Assembly (NCBI GenBank): GCA_013239625.1
Contig: MU053933.1
Location: 1,180,001 to 1,244,000, forward strand
Origin: Lama guanicoe
Lineage: Eukaryota
DNA: 64,000 bases
Reading direction: 5' to 3'
A program made the translations under genes and the position numbers. How positions within the stretch are numbered: position 1 is the stretch's first letter; each line of letters starts with the position of its first letter. This document shows, piece after piece, positions 26,431 through 39,879 of the stretch. Below the pieces are notes generated by a model, which had not been told where the DNA came from, did no database searches, and saw only the letters and a list, made by a program, of their open reading frames with translations.

Positions 26431-29400
26431 GCTCTGCTTCTCCCCAGCGAGCATCCTGCCCATCTAGCCACAGCAGTCAGCTCAACCTTGGTGTATGTTA
26501 GGTGGAACCGCATGAAATTGCTCATGTGTGACCATTTTTAAAATGTGGCAATTTTATTTGACTCAATTTGTTAAGAAAAAAAAAAACCCTGAGATTTGAA
26601 GCAGGTGCCTGGATATTTGTCCACCAGGTGCAGGTGGGGATTTTCTGAGTTTAACACTCTGCTGTGGAAGTTTGAACATACTCCCCAAGGAAGCTCCCGC
26701 TGTGAATGAGCCAAGTTCGCTGGACGAGCCTGGCATCCTCTGAGCAAATGGCTGCAGTCTGTCCTGAGACAGGGGCCCTGTTTTGGGAGTGAGAGCTCCT
26801 GTGCTCTAAGTCCCAGGGAGGGGAATGGTAGGTCCCCCCAAGAGCCATTCTGTGCCATCTGCGTGAGCCATCCAGCCACCAGGAACCCGCCACCAGGGCT
26901 GGGAGCTGCTCTGACGCACCTGGGCAGGGACCTATCCAGATGGGCCACGTGGACTTGCCGTGGCCGTGTTCTCAGGCCCGTCCTGCTGCTCCTGGGACAG
27001 GTGCAAGGGAAGAAGGCCACCTGGTGGCCTCAGTACTGATTGGTAGAGAAGCTTCCATTGCATAAGACAAGGAGGGAGGAAGAGATCTTGAGCCACAACG
27101 TCTTTGGACTTTAGAGGGGCAGGTGATTTCAGCTTTGGACGTGTCCTCTCTTAGGGCTGGACATGGGAGGAGGGTCCCAGCTTTCCGGTTCTGCCGTCTC
27201 CAGCTGCTGGCTTTGTTCTCATCTGATCTCTTGCACAGCTGCAGGCGCGCCTCCCTGGACAGTGGGACTGAGCTCAGGGGAGGCAGGTGGACGGAGGGTG
27301 AAGTTTCAGCCTTGGCCTCAGGGCAGCCCTTGAGCTGATTACTGCACGGTTCTCGTTCTCACCTGTTCAGAACGTTCTTGGAGCGAAGGCACCGTCCATC
27401 CGTGGAACAAGAGAGGCGGGTGGGGTGCTGGCCTGTGCGCGAGGGAGGGCAGCCTTAGGGAATGTCCCTTCCCCAGCACTCCAGACCCCCAGTGAGCTTC
27501 TGCCCAGTGGGCTGGGAGAGAACGCTGAGGAACTCCAGTGGGGGGCCCTCCAGTATTGCATGTCCCACTATGGTGCAGCTCCCCCTTCCCTGTGTGTCCC
27601 TCTTTCCTGGGAGAGGAGGGTGGGGTGTCTGCTCAGCGGAAGGCCTTGACTGTCCGTATTGCCCACCTGCAGGACACTGATCAGTTTAAAAGGTGTGCAC
27701 CCTGGGGACTGGCTTTTCCCTCTCCCCTCCTCCGGCCGGCAGAAGGCCGCATCCCGGAGGCCGTGCGATCTGTCCCTCGGGTGGGCTGCCCCAGCGTCAA
27801 ATGGATGGGGGCGGCATGACAAGTTCTATGGGCCTTAAAACCCAAATTCCTCTTCATTCAGCTTTATCGGTAATAAAGTTGATAAAGAAAAAAAAAGACC
27901 TACTGAGGTCAGAGCCCACGGAGCTAACGGGGAACCCCTCTCACCCACCAGCGCATTCCGCTGTCCCTGGTTCATTCCGAGCATGTGGGGCGCAAGGAGG
28001 TGTGACTGTTGCGGGATGGAAGAGAACCTGGAAATGGCCCCGTCTACACAAGTGCTCACCTGACTCAGCTCCGCAGGGGAAGGCTGTGGTTTTTTCCCAC
28101 AATAAAGGTTGCTGGAAAATCATCAGCCTCACACCACACACACAGAACAACAGGAGAGGAGTCCTAGCCCACAATAAGCTTGCAGTAAAGCCAGAGGATC
28201 AGCAGGAACTCGGGTGGCAAAGACGCCTTGACCAGGGCCCAGAAAGCACTGTCCAGGAAAGAAATATTGCTGAACTGGACCACTTACGTCTGAAGACAGG
28301 TGCTCATCAAAACACAGCACTGAGAGGGAAAAGGAAGTCAGGGACCAGGGTAGATGTTTGCAACCCACAACAGACTGTGTATTGAACCCCTAGAAATAAA
28401 CAGGAAAGAGACAAACGACTCAGTTTTAAGATGGGCAGAGACTTGAACGGGGGCTCCACAGAATTATGAAAGCGCCCATAGTGTGAAATGACACTGACTG
28501 TAGCCCTCTGTGGAGGATGTGTGGGGTGAAGCCAGGGTCCCATCACTGCACCACCCCCAGAAGAGCCAGACCACAAAGGGACCAGAGACCGCCCATCCCA
28601 GACTCCACCACCTTGCCCCCGCCTTCGAGGTCCAAGCTGCCCTCCCCTCCTGCTGGGACCAGAGTGGTAGCTTCCACCTTGGCCCCTCCTGCACTCCTGC
28701 TGTGGTCAGCCTCCTCGCCACCGTGCAGTGAGAGACCCTTTAAAAAATACAAAGCAGAACATAGCACCCTCCCATTGCAGGTCCTCCCCCAGCCCAAGAG
28801 GCCCTGTGAGATGTCACCCTGACTCGCCTCCCGGCGTGTTGTGCCTTGAATGTGCAATGGAAGACGCCATTGCCACACAGTGTCCCAGGAACCCTCCCTC
28901 TGGCGCCCTCTGTGCGCAGCCCTTCCGTGGCCGTGTGACTTGCTCCGACCCGACGGTGTGGAAGGAAATTTGTGCCTCATTCTGACCAGACGCTTGAAGA
29001 GCCAGCAGGGAGCTGCTCTCTGCGCCGGTGGGCTGGCCGGCAGGGCTCCATCCAGGGAGGAGGGTGCTGCCCACCAGCCCCAGCGGCCGCCCTGAGTGAA
29101 GGGGGCAGCGATGGCAGTGGCAGCAGCCGGCCCCGGATGGACATGGGGCCATGGGAAATGAGGGTTACGTGTTTCCATAGCACAGCCCGGTGCCAGCCTG
29201 TCCTGATCACGCCCGTCCAAGCTCATTCTTGCCTCAGGGAGTTTGTCCCCACTGACCCCTCCCCCAGCCGGTCAGCTGCACTGGGAACACACATGAGCTA
29301 CTCGATCCCTTTCTCACCACGTCCACATGCCTCCAGCTGCAAATTTCCAGTCAGCTGCGTCCAACAACACACGGAGAGCTGCAGACGAGCTGAGCCAAAG

Positions 29401-32400
29401 CAAGGAGAGAAGATACGTGGTGTCTTGGTTTCTATGAAATTCAAAAGCAGGCAAAGCTGCAGTGCTTGGTGAGGCCTCTGTGGAGACTAAGATAATACAA
29501 CCAAAGCGAAGCAAGCCGGTGGCTGCAAGTACTGAGACGGCGGCCCCCTCCAGGAGGGGCCGGGAGCAGCGGCTGGGAGGGCCAGCCGGGCGTGGGCCAG
29601 CCCTCCGGGGGCGTGCGCGGCCCGACGGGCCTCTAGGTATCGTGTGGCCACACCACGCCGCTCCTTTTTAGAAACATGACAGCCCCGGAGCTGGCTGACA
29701 GAGGACACAAACAGGACCGGGGGTCTCCTGAGAAGGCTTCGGCAGGACAGACGAAGTATCTGTAAAAGCCCCAGAATAAACCCCACTTACCTCTGGCTTA
29801 TTTATCTTGACAGGCCGCTGTATTGTCTGCTAATATTGAAGTTTGGACTTTGGCATCCACGGTCAGGGCTGAGGCTCCCCTGCAGTCTTCTGGGTGTGTG
29901 TGTGTGTGTCCTGTTTCTGTGGGGCTTTATCAGGATCATGCTCACTTCATATGAAGAATTTGGAAGCTGTCCATCTCCCGACGGGAGAGACAAGCGGCAC
30001 CAATTTGGGTCGATGAGACGGGAGATGCCGGGTGTCTCGGGGGAAGTGTCTTTCCTGTCAGCGTGAGGTCCAGAGGAGCTGGAGTCTTGCTGTGCAAACC
30101 TGTGCGGGGTGAGACGAGCAGGCAGCTGGGCCCCGATTCAGTCAGGTGGCCCTGTGGGGACGTACACAGGGGCCTAGGGGCTCACCACGGTGGCAGGGCC
30201 GAACTGCAGTTCTCTGCTGATCCTGAACAAACCCGTCTTTGCTGGAGAAGTAACTGCAGTCTATTTGCTTCGGGTCAACACAGCCAAACACCTTCCATCG
30301 CTGTTGCTGAAACTCGGTCCGGGGCAGCCTGACCAACACATTCAGTGTTCCCCGGACCCGCTCCCTCCTGCTCCTCAGGCTATGCGGATTAACTGGGATG
30401 GAAAGCCTGCTTGCTCCAGCAAGGTCCCTGTTCTTCCTGCTTCGTTCCACGGCCAAGCCGGTGTCTGGATTGGCAAGGACACTTCAACCTCCCAGGCAAG
30501 TTTGAGTGGCCACTTCCAAAGCCTTCAGAGCCGAACCCCTGCTCCCCTGGACGGGCCCCAGCCCTCTCCCTGCGTGCTTGTCTGGACCTGAGCTCCTGGA
30601 GCGCCCAGGCTGCTGGCTGCCTCCTTCTGCCCTGACCGCCTCCCCAGGGGGGAGCCTGGCTTAGTTTTGCCCTGAAACGCCAGTCAGAATGTTCTAAGTG
30701 CCAACTAGGCATGTATTCCGTCTTGCTCACTTTTGGCATACAACACATGCCTGACGGACGGTGCTGCCAAACCCTGGGGCCAAGGAGATCCGAAAAGGAA
30801 GGCACCGTGGGCTTGCTCAGGGCTAAGCTTGCTCGGGGGCTGTGCTCTCCTGAGGTGGCAGTGTGGGAAGGCCCTTAGGTGGCCGGGGCAACCCAAGTGC
30901 ACAAGAGGTATGCACCAGGGGCTTCATCACAATTTCTCTACTTTGAGTATGTTTAAAACTCTTCATCATTAAAAAAAAAAAGTTTTTTCATGAAATGATG
31001 GGTGAAATTTGATGGGAGCCATTTACAAAGTCCCACTCGGGCAGATCAGAAGTTGAGAACCCCATGCTGACCACTGGGATTGTTTCTTTGGGGAAATTTT
31101 CATGGCCCGTGAAAATGCCCACATCTGGGAACCAGTGGACAAAACAAAGCGCCGCCTTATTATGTCAGTCCCACGCGGGTCCCATGTGACATTCTAACTG
31201 CCAAGACCCGCCTGACTTCCCATCACAAAGGCTCCAGGAGCGCATTTATAATACCAGTGTTCTCTGTGCTTTGAACAGATTTTTTTTTTTTTAAAGAAAT
31301 CATTTGCCGTTTTATCCCCTTTCGGTAAATCAGGACTCCTGAACTGAGAAGCGGGGAAGTGATGACCACTGAGCTCGGGAACCGCGGAGACCACATCAGT
31401 AACCTTTTCTCCAATACGATTTCACTCGAAGCAAATTTCCTCCAACTCACATGGCACTGGTGACCTGTCATTAAGGTTTGAAATATTTAAAACGAGTTTT
31501 ATCTATTCTATGCACAGGCACAGGGCAAGCCTGTTACACCTGTGTCACAAGCAAAAGTCTAGAGAGCTAACTGAAATAATTCAACCCAACTGTTGAATGA
31601 AATGTGTCGGCACCTCACTTAAAAGACTTTTTCAGCAGCTCTTCTCCACTTGGCTTTAGTCTTAAAGTACATCACATAACAGGAAAAGAGACAGTGATAT
31701 TTGGGCCTGAATGCACTACACATTGCAATGATTTCAAGTGGCTTTTCTTTCGGGACCACGGGCTGCACGGCTCATCTCCTGAGCTGCTCTTTGCCGACTG
31801 GGGTCCGAGCACGTCCGAGCCAGCAGCAGCCCCAGGGGCACCTCTGGGCACAAACTGCCCCCGGCAGCCTCCCACTCCGGGCCTGCGCTGAGGTGTGGCG
31901 GGACTCCTTCTCCTACACTTGGTAACCTCCTCTTTCTTACTTCGGTGGCAATGTTTTCAAGACACTTTTGATGGGATTTTCCGTTACGTTTTAAACAGAC
32001 GTTCACAATAGGTGATTCTAATCAAAGTTAAGAAATACACATTTTTGCCACACTCCCGCCTTCAGATGCAGTGGAAGTGACTCAACTCTGACCAAACTTA
32101 AGTAGAAAATCTGAAGTGTTGGTACTTTTTTGGGAGTATGGAAAATGAGACGATTTAAACAAAACCTCGTAGATCACCAACTCAAAGTGGCATTAATTTA
32201 TCTAAAATCACCTGCCTACTATTGCAAAAAATATATAAAAATTTCAACATCAAACCTGAACAAAACTAATAGTTCAATCACTAGAATCACTTTTTATAGT
32301 TCTATCAAATAAAAACTTGACTTTTATGAAACAGACTTGTCAAATACGTACCACTTCCTCCCACTCACCAGGTGTGCAGTTCAGGTTGAACGGGCTCGAA

Positions 32401-33190
32401 CATGACTCCCCGAGCTCCCAGCACTGGTGACGGGAGACCGAGCGGCGCTGACCAGGGCAGCGAGTGGGCAGCTCCCTCTGGAGATGCTGCGACGAAACTG
32501 GATGCCAGCAGTGTCGTGTGATGGTCACCTGGGACCACATGTTGGTCTGCCTTTGGCTAAGACTTCCTCTTACAAGAAACTGTTCCCAGCCAAGGCGCAG
32601 CCGTGGTGGCCACAAGTCACCGCCAGCACACTGCCCCGGGCCGCCATGATGAAGACGGTTTGGGAAGGTGACACCAGACAGCAAGGTTTTGTGGAGGCAG
32701 ATTTGCACACATTCCTGTGTCTGCTGTCGTCTTCATGGTTTGTGACACAGCAACCAGTTAATGGAGAAGGACAGGAGAGCAGCTTGAACACGCTCCTGTT
32801 TCATGAGCCACTTGGGTTCCAGGAGCAAAACCAGAGACCTCATGGATGAGAAACCTAACACTGGCAGGTCCACGCCTGCGCTGTATCAAAAGACTGGCCT
32901 CTCTGTGAATGCCAGCACAGCCCGCAGCTTCTACCCCGGTCCATGCGGCAGCTTCAGAAGACGAACACTGGATTACTTGTTTATACACAGAAAACCAGAC
33001 TGGACTTTTCCTCACACCGCTCTCCCCGTAACTGGCAGCCATTCTCCCCCCGACGCGGTGCATTTGCACCGCACGTGACGGACTAGAGCCTCACCGCGAG
33101 GACCGGTGCCGTGCAGCTCTGGGAAGGAAGACTTCAAGCAAACGCTTTCCGCAGAAATAAGGTACACGAGAACACTGTATCACTACAAAT

Positions 33191-33196
33191 TTTATT
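33191..33196 (-). terminator. U2AF1: U2AF1 polyadenylation signal AATAAA
   Basis: About 115 nt after the stop codon, followed by GU-rich GTGTTCTCGTGT. Confidence 0.85.
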
Positions 33197-33310
33197 CAGA
33201 AACCCATCTTTGTTTTTTTTTGTTGTTTTTTAAAAAAAATTCCCATTATGAACTGGTTTGGTCAATCGACTACAACACTTTCTAGCAGACATACGTAAAA
33301 ACGGCATGGC

Positions 33311-33452
33311 TCAGAACCGCCCCGATCTCTCCCGATCTCTCGACCGCCTCCTGTCGCGCTCCCGTCCCCCGCCGCCGCCGCCGCCGCCGCCGCCTCGACC
33401 ACGGTCTCTCGACCGAGAGCGACGCTCCCGGGACCGGGACCTTGACCTATGC
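33311..33452 (-). CDS. U2AF1: U2AF1 exon 8 coding part (RS domain with Gly10, ends ERSGRF*)
   Basis: TTGCAG| acceptor, 142 nt to TGA; total CDS 717 nt = 238 aa. Confidence 0.97.
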
Positions 33453-34490
33453 CTGCAACCAAGGGCGAGAAGCAGACCATGGCTTCCGAGCCAACACGTG
33501 TGGCATGAGATCACACTGGTGACACTTTCAAATAAATAATACAGCTCATCGAACTGATGACACCAGTGAAAAAGGGAGATGCTGCCAATTAAGGCACAAG
33601 CTGAAGCTGTCAGATGTGCCCGACTGATTCCAGATGCTCGAGCGTCAGAGATAAAAAGAGGCATCTTGGAATGGAGGAGGAGGACATCTTCTGTTTCTTC
33701 TTCTGTGGCGCCAACTCCCATGACCGAGGGGATCAGGATCGAGACTGAACTGGACCTGCACACCCCTCACCCCACCCCTGACCCCGGCCGCAGGGCCCCA
33801 GAACCGAGCTGCTGCCCCCGCCGCCGCCCCCCCCCCAGCTACACTGAGCTCAGCTGCGGTGTCTGCCAGGCACGCCGTGGGGGTGGGGAGAGCAGGCCCT
33901 TCTGTGCTGCTTTTTGTGGACAACTAAACAATCACCAACAGCGTCTGCACTGCCAAATGCATGCTTAACGGGAGAGGGAATGACAGCCCCTCTGGGGTCA
34001 CGACTCAACTGAGTGGGCAAGTGACTCCCTACGCTGACATCTTGGTGTTTGCTCTGCTCTGTGACGTGACCACCCACACTGAAGCACCCAGACCACCAAC
34101 CTGACTGTTGGTGGTTCACAGGGCAGTGCCCCTACCCCTACAAAGAAACCTGCCCAACCTGTAAAAACCAAGAAACCCCAGTGGAAACATGCGGCCCGTG
34201 AAGCCTGGATATCCATCTGAGGACGCACATCGTGTAAACAAACCCGATCTTAATGGTGACCTGCTTAACGGCTCCCTCAGCTACTAAGGTCTGGTCTACT
34301 TGAGAAGGTGTGTGTGCATGGAATGTGCTTCCAGTGTACACTTCCACATTCTCAAATACTTGCTACATTCTAAGCAGTGCCTTTTAAAGAAGAGAAATGC
34401 ACCAGGCCAACCTTCACCTTGAAAATACTATTCTGGTCACACTTAATCACACACACACACACAGAGTCACGGACACACTTAAATACTCAC

Positions 34491-34583
34491 TTCTTGCGAC
34501 GGCGCCCGTACAACTCCCGCCGCAGCTCCCGAGAAATGGGCTTCAGATGCATGAAGTTGCAGAAGCCTCCTCGCGAGCACTCT
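34491..34583 (-). CDS. U2AF1: U2AF1 exon 7 ([30 protein letters not shown])
   Basis: 93 nt, CTGCAG|..|GTGAGT; second CCCH zinc finger. Confidence 0.97.
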
Positions 34584-34671
34584 CTGCAGGGAGAGCCAGA
34601 GGGTCACCCCGTGCGCGCACACGCTCCCCCAACCTTCCCAGGCGCGGCCGTGAGGGCTGCCCCACACCTAC

Positions 34672-34805
34672 CCCATCTCGTACTGCCGGCAGCAGGCTTC
34701 TCTGAAGTCGGTCACGGGGGAGAGCTCGGCGTGGATGGGCTGCCCGTTAAACCAGCGGTTGTTCAAGTCAATCACGGCCTTTTCCGCATCCTCTTCACGG
34801 CGAAA
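34672..34805 (-). CDS. U2AF1: U2AF1 exon 6 (FRREEDAEKAVIDLNNRWFNGQPIHAELSPVTDFREACCRQYEMG)
   Basis: 134 nt, TTTCAG|..|GTAGGT; UHM RWF motif, Q157. Confidence 0.98.
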
Positions 34806-35322
34806 CTGAAAAGACAAGACAGAAACACTTGCCACCTGCGCTTCGGTCAGAAGTGTTCTTGATGACCGATTCAAATACACATCATGTGCTCCTCAGGGCA
34901 AGCGATTAAGAGGAACAATGTTACAGGTCAATTGAAGAAGCAGACACTCACTTCTTTACTCACGATCGCTCAACTTTGCAGTGGGCCCAAATCACACCAA
35001 ATATGCCATCTTGGTTTTCAAATTCAATTGGTTAAGAGAACAAACGTAGCGATTTGTGCAGGTGGTGAAAGTTTTATTTTAAAAAAAGGGAAAAAGAAAC
35101 CAAACACATAAGCAGCTTCCTCTCCCTGGTCCAACAGCCCGAGATACAGACGGCTGGGGTGCGGCATCCCCAGGCTGCTGACGGAGGGTTGAGCCAGCGC
35201 AGCGGAGTCCACCGGCCAGCATGAGCGCCACCTGGCCGCCAGGCAGCCCCAGGGGCAGGCGCCCCTCACCCCTGACCCCTGGCCAGCAGGGAAACGGATG
35301 CCACGAGCCGCCTCAGTCCTAC

Positions 35323-35421
35323 CTTGACGTACACATTCCCCACGAGGTGGTCTCCAAGGTTGTCACAGACGTTCATCTCCTCCACCTCCCCGTACTTCTC
35401 CTCCATCTCCGTGAAAACCTC
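35323..35421 (-). CDS. U2AF1: U2AF1 exon 5 (EVFTEMEEKYGEVEEMNVCDNLGDHLVGNVYVK)
   Basis: 99 nt, CGACAG|..|GTAGGA. Confidence 0.98.
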
Positions 35422-35552
35422 CTGTCGGGGAGGACAGGGGTTTAAGGGCCACAGTACAGAGGAGAGCAACTGAATAGAACACGGGTAACCATCTTCATCA
35501 AGGGGGAAAAGCTCCAATCCCTCCTAGCAAAGGAGGGCAGCCAGCAGCTCAC

Positions 35553-35602
35553 CTCAAAGAACTCGTCATAGTGCTCCTGCATCTCCACGTCGCTCACGGC
35601 AC
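35553..35602 (-). CDS. U2AF1: U2AF1 exon 4 (AVSDVEMQEHYDEFFE)
   Basis: 50 nt, CTGCAG|..|GTGAGC. Confidence 0.97.
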
Positions 35603-38600
35603 CTGCAGACAACAGAGATCTTGCTGGTCAGAGCGGGGACTGCGGCCTGGGGCTCTCGAGCTTAAACTCAAACTGCTACAGTGACACACATGAGATTGTC
35701 TAGAGAGAGAACGAGGGCTGCCCCAGCGGAGCACTGACGACACTGCGTGACACGGCTACGTGTGACAATTTCAACGTGTGCTGAGGTTTTTAAATGCCCC
35801 TTATGACAGTCTCAATCTGGCCATTAAAATACTGAAATCACAACAGGTTTTAATCAGCATCAAAGGGCCATCATTTTCAGAAAGTCTGAGGAAAAGCTGA
35901 CTCTCAAGGAGATTTTAAATGAAGATTTCTTCCTCTTAAGATTTAAAGTAGAGGCTAAGTAATCACACTGATTTTTCACCTTTCAATTGACTAGAATGAA
36001 AGCTGAAATCAGGGTAAGTGATCAAAAACGTATGATTCCTGACTAATTTCTTTTACCAATTATCAGCCACACAGAATGTTACATGATTGTTTCTGATGCG
36101 ATTAAAACCCAATGACTGAAAATAAAGACTCAGTAAGATAATTGTTCAATGACAGTCCTCTGAAGGCCCTCTTTTGCATAAAGGGAGAGTTATAATGCTT
36201 TGTTGAAGAAAGCATCATTTTGTATTTCAAACTATTTTCATCAAGTTTATTCTTTATAATCCACAGGCACTAAGTGAAACCACGCCCACTGTGCGGATAG
36301 ACTTTGCAAATTTACATTCTATCCTCATCATCATTCTACCAAATGTGACCATTCAAACCCTATAAAGTTCTCCGCGCCCAAATTGGAGAAAGCACAAAGC
36401 TGGCATGTCGTAAGTGGGCGTTCCAAACAGCCAGGCCAGGGAGTGGCTTGAAGGCTGGGCCGCCCTCCTGGACTGGTGGCCTCCTCCGGGCGCCCTGCCC
36501 GGGCCCTGGCTGTGGGCCCTCTCCACTCTGTGCTGCCTCGGAGAAGCTCCCTGGCTCTCTTGAAAACCTTTTTACTTTTACGGGTAAGAACTAGTAACTT
36601 CAATCTTTTGATTCTGACAATGATTTGAGTTCCCTTTCTAGTCATGGGGAGGGAGATGTCCCTGTATTTTAGTTATTTTTGGATTTCCAGGAACCCCGCC
36701 TGCTTGAGAACACACAACGTATTGAATGCATCAGGCAGCATCGGCTACTCCTGATAGCGCATCCCAGTTTAAAGCTATCATGAACGTACCTCCTTTCCTG
36801 AGGGGAAATCAAGTTCCAAACAACAGAGAAGCTAGTCAAGAGGAGCCCATTCCAAAGGGCAGAGTTTAATATTTAAAACTAACTTCCTTCTCCACATCAG
36901 AAAAAACGAGAAGACAAAAATATCTACACGCTCAAAGTTTTAGCAACATTGAGAGTAAGTTTTGGTGACTGTTAAAATGCTGTCTGTATTCATGGCACTT
37001 CTGTTCTGTTACTATATAGCAGAGTACTGTATTTCAATAACTCATGCAAAGTTCCTATTTGAAAACACTTGACAATGGGCATATTTTATCTTCTGTACTC
37101 TGTTTAATTTTCTGAGTCAATCAAAATGATGTGAAAGGCAGAGATGAGCAATTAAAAAATTGATCAACTGAAACATTTACAGGACTTAATATATTTTAAA
37201 TACAATTCAAAAATACCCAGTTTTCTTACAGAAATGTTCTTAAACTAGGGTTCTGTACATGTAAGTTTAATACAAGAGTAGAAAGCTGACTTTCCTACAG
37301 ATAAAAGGGAATTTTAAAAAGAGCCAGTAACTTTAGGAAACTGAGGAAACTCGCTGGCTGGCATTCTATCTGGCCTGCTGCCAAATAGTTTAAGTTTATC
37401 AACTTAAACTGACATTCTTCCTAAATTGTAGCATCAGAATTTCACTTAATTTATACAATCTGGACCCCAGAACTGTAATATTTAGCACAGCTAAACTTCT
37501 ACTTTGTAGCATACGCAAAACAAGAGTGCTGTGAATCACATATATAGACACAAAAAAATAAATACAACATTCTTCTGTCAATAAAGCATGTGCGCAGCCC
37601 CAGGAAAACCGCCAGGGCAAAGACTGATTAACTGCTGCCACTCAGCCATCTACTTTTCACTCACTTTTTCCCCAGGGTAGGGCTGTTACAAAAATCGTTT
37701 AGTAAGTCCACAGAGAAAACAGTTTCCTCCACCTATTGCTCTTATTTCTTTAAAAAAACCAAACCAAACAAAAACCAGGCATTTTAAACCAAGGGCTACC
37801 AAATAAATCCTGCTACCATCAGATTCAGGGAAAGAAGTTAATTCTCTATCAGGTCAGTATCAGCATCAAAACCACTGAGCGTCTTGGCAGGGAGACTGTA
37901 CATGCCTCTCCCCGCAGACACGGCACCGCCCGCGCACAGGCGCACAACCCGGAGGCCTCCCAGCGCGGGGCCAGCCTGAGTGGGTAGCGGCTGCTGGGAC
38001 CAGGTCACCTACAGTCTGAGGGGCTCCAGGCCAAGGGCGTGTCTGACTCAGGTCTGGGGCCACCCATGGGTACCTTATGGTATTATTTTGTGGCCTATGT
38101 TTTTCACAGCTTTAAAACAGACTGGTGAATGAGAAACATCTACCTTTTGGTTTGGACCCCTTGATTCTTGATTTTAAGATGAGTCCAGGATGCTCATTTC
38201 AATTTATCCACAGGTGATTAAATTTCTTCTGCAGCTTAAGAGTTATAAGCCTGAAGTTTTAGTTTCTTTAACTTTCCAACAACAGCAATATTTACCCTGT
38301 TCTCTAAATGCTACCCCTCGGGAAATACAATACCCATAACTCAAAACGAGTGTTTCCCAACGTGGCAAGAAACCGGCAGTGTCTACTGGACGCCCGGTTT
38401 AGACCTATTCCCGACCGAGCATCCTTTATTTTCCAAATGCAGTAAACTAACTCCTGACGTTGGAGCTAGCCACCTCAAGTATGTTGGTGAAAAATGAGTC
38501 AGCACAGGGCTGGTGGTGAAGGGAAACTTGGGGTCAGTGCACCTTGTGGGGCCCTCATTTGGGAAACACTCTCAGAGCAGTGCTCTCACAATGAAAAGCA

Positions 38601-39004
38601 TGATCTACAAAATGGAGTCTCAGGGACAAAAAAAGTTTAGTAAGAAATAAAATCTGAAAAATAATTTCAGAGCAATTTTTCTGTAAGTCAGAGAACGTTC
38701 ACTCTTATGGGGGAAGAATGTGACCACACGTTTAAGCCGCCACGTTCTCCCTGATGACAGCCAAGGGCAGGGAGGGCAGCAGCTCCAAGCTCTTGTCGAG
38801 GATGCCCTCTCCAGTCCCTTTCTTCCTTCCTAAGTAAGTGGGTTCAAATAGCAAACAGAGGCTTCCACGGGGTCAGTGGGACAAAGCTCTCGACACCTCT
38901 AATGGAAGGTGGTCCTTCACACTACAGCGCAGACCAGATGGAGTTGACACTGAGCTCTGACACGCAAGCCCAGGGAACCAGGGAAGGAACTTGTATGAAC
39001 TTAC

Positions 39005-39071
39005 AGCGCAAACCGTCAGCAGACTGGGAAGAGTTTTGAGGGTTACGGTAAATGTTCAAGAGGGCAATGGT
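39005..39071 (-). CDS. U2AF1: U2AF1 exon 3 (isoform a; TIALLNIYRNPQNSSQSADGLR)
   Basis: 67 nt, TTTCAG|..|GTAAGT. Confidence 0.97.
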
Positions 39072-39879
39072 CTGAAATACAAAACGCAACAACTTTATAT
39101 TATGGAAAATTAAATGTAAACACTTAACCGGTCTCCTGCGAAGATCGCTTCAGTCAAGACTCAGTGCTGAAAAAAGAGCAAGTTATTTTCTTTGGAAGCA
39201 GAGACGTTTCTTAGTTGATGGCTGTCTTGGAGCACCCTAACACTGCGATGGAAGAGATCCCATGATATGCTAATATTGTATTTCTGCCACAGACTGTAAC
39301 AATTCTCCAAGTTCCAATCCAGTTAAGGCTGCACACAACTTGGCAGGCTACTACCAAAATACTCTTGTTGCAGAGAACTTTTAATGAACACATGAGAAAG
39401 AAAAGTGCCTGTGTAAACTGATTAGAGAAATACAACTATTACATATCATGAAATCTCCACTTCCTAGAGGAAAAATCGTAATGGTGAAATAAAACCCACA
39501 CTTACTGGGCAACTTACCTTACTGATTCCTAAGCATTCCTAAGATTTTTGATTTTACAGGAAGAACTTAATAATTGCCAGGGGTTCAGTCACTGCAAAGA
39601 CCAATGATTGGCTGGTGACGTTCAGATGTCACAGGGACGGACCCCTCTTGTTAAGCAACGTCAATCAAGGAAGAGGCCGGGCCATGACCTTCCCCAGACA
39701 GCCTGCTGAACGTGGCCAAGTATCAAGTTCTTGCTGTGCGCACCACGGACTTCCATCACCTTGTCCTGTTTGCAACAGCTCTATGTCAGCAGCTCAGAAG
39801 CCAACATTATTTGTCTCAATTAAGAGTGGGCTCTTTAACACCATTGTTTTAAAAAAATTTCTCCAACTGTGGGACTTAC

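Noticed and set aside
32130..32345. Distal U2AF1 poly(A) site in an AT-rich block
   Set aside because: Only variant hexamers seen on the minus strand; cannot be supported without 3'-end data.
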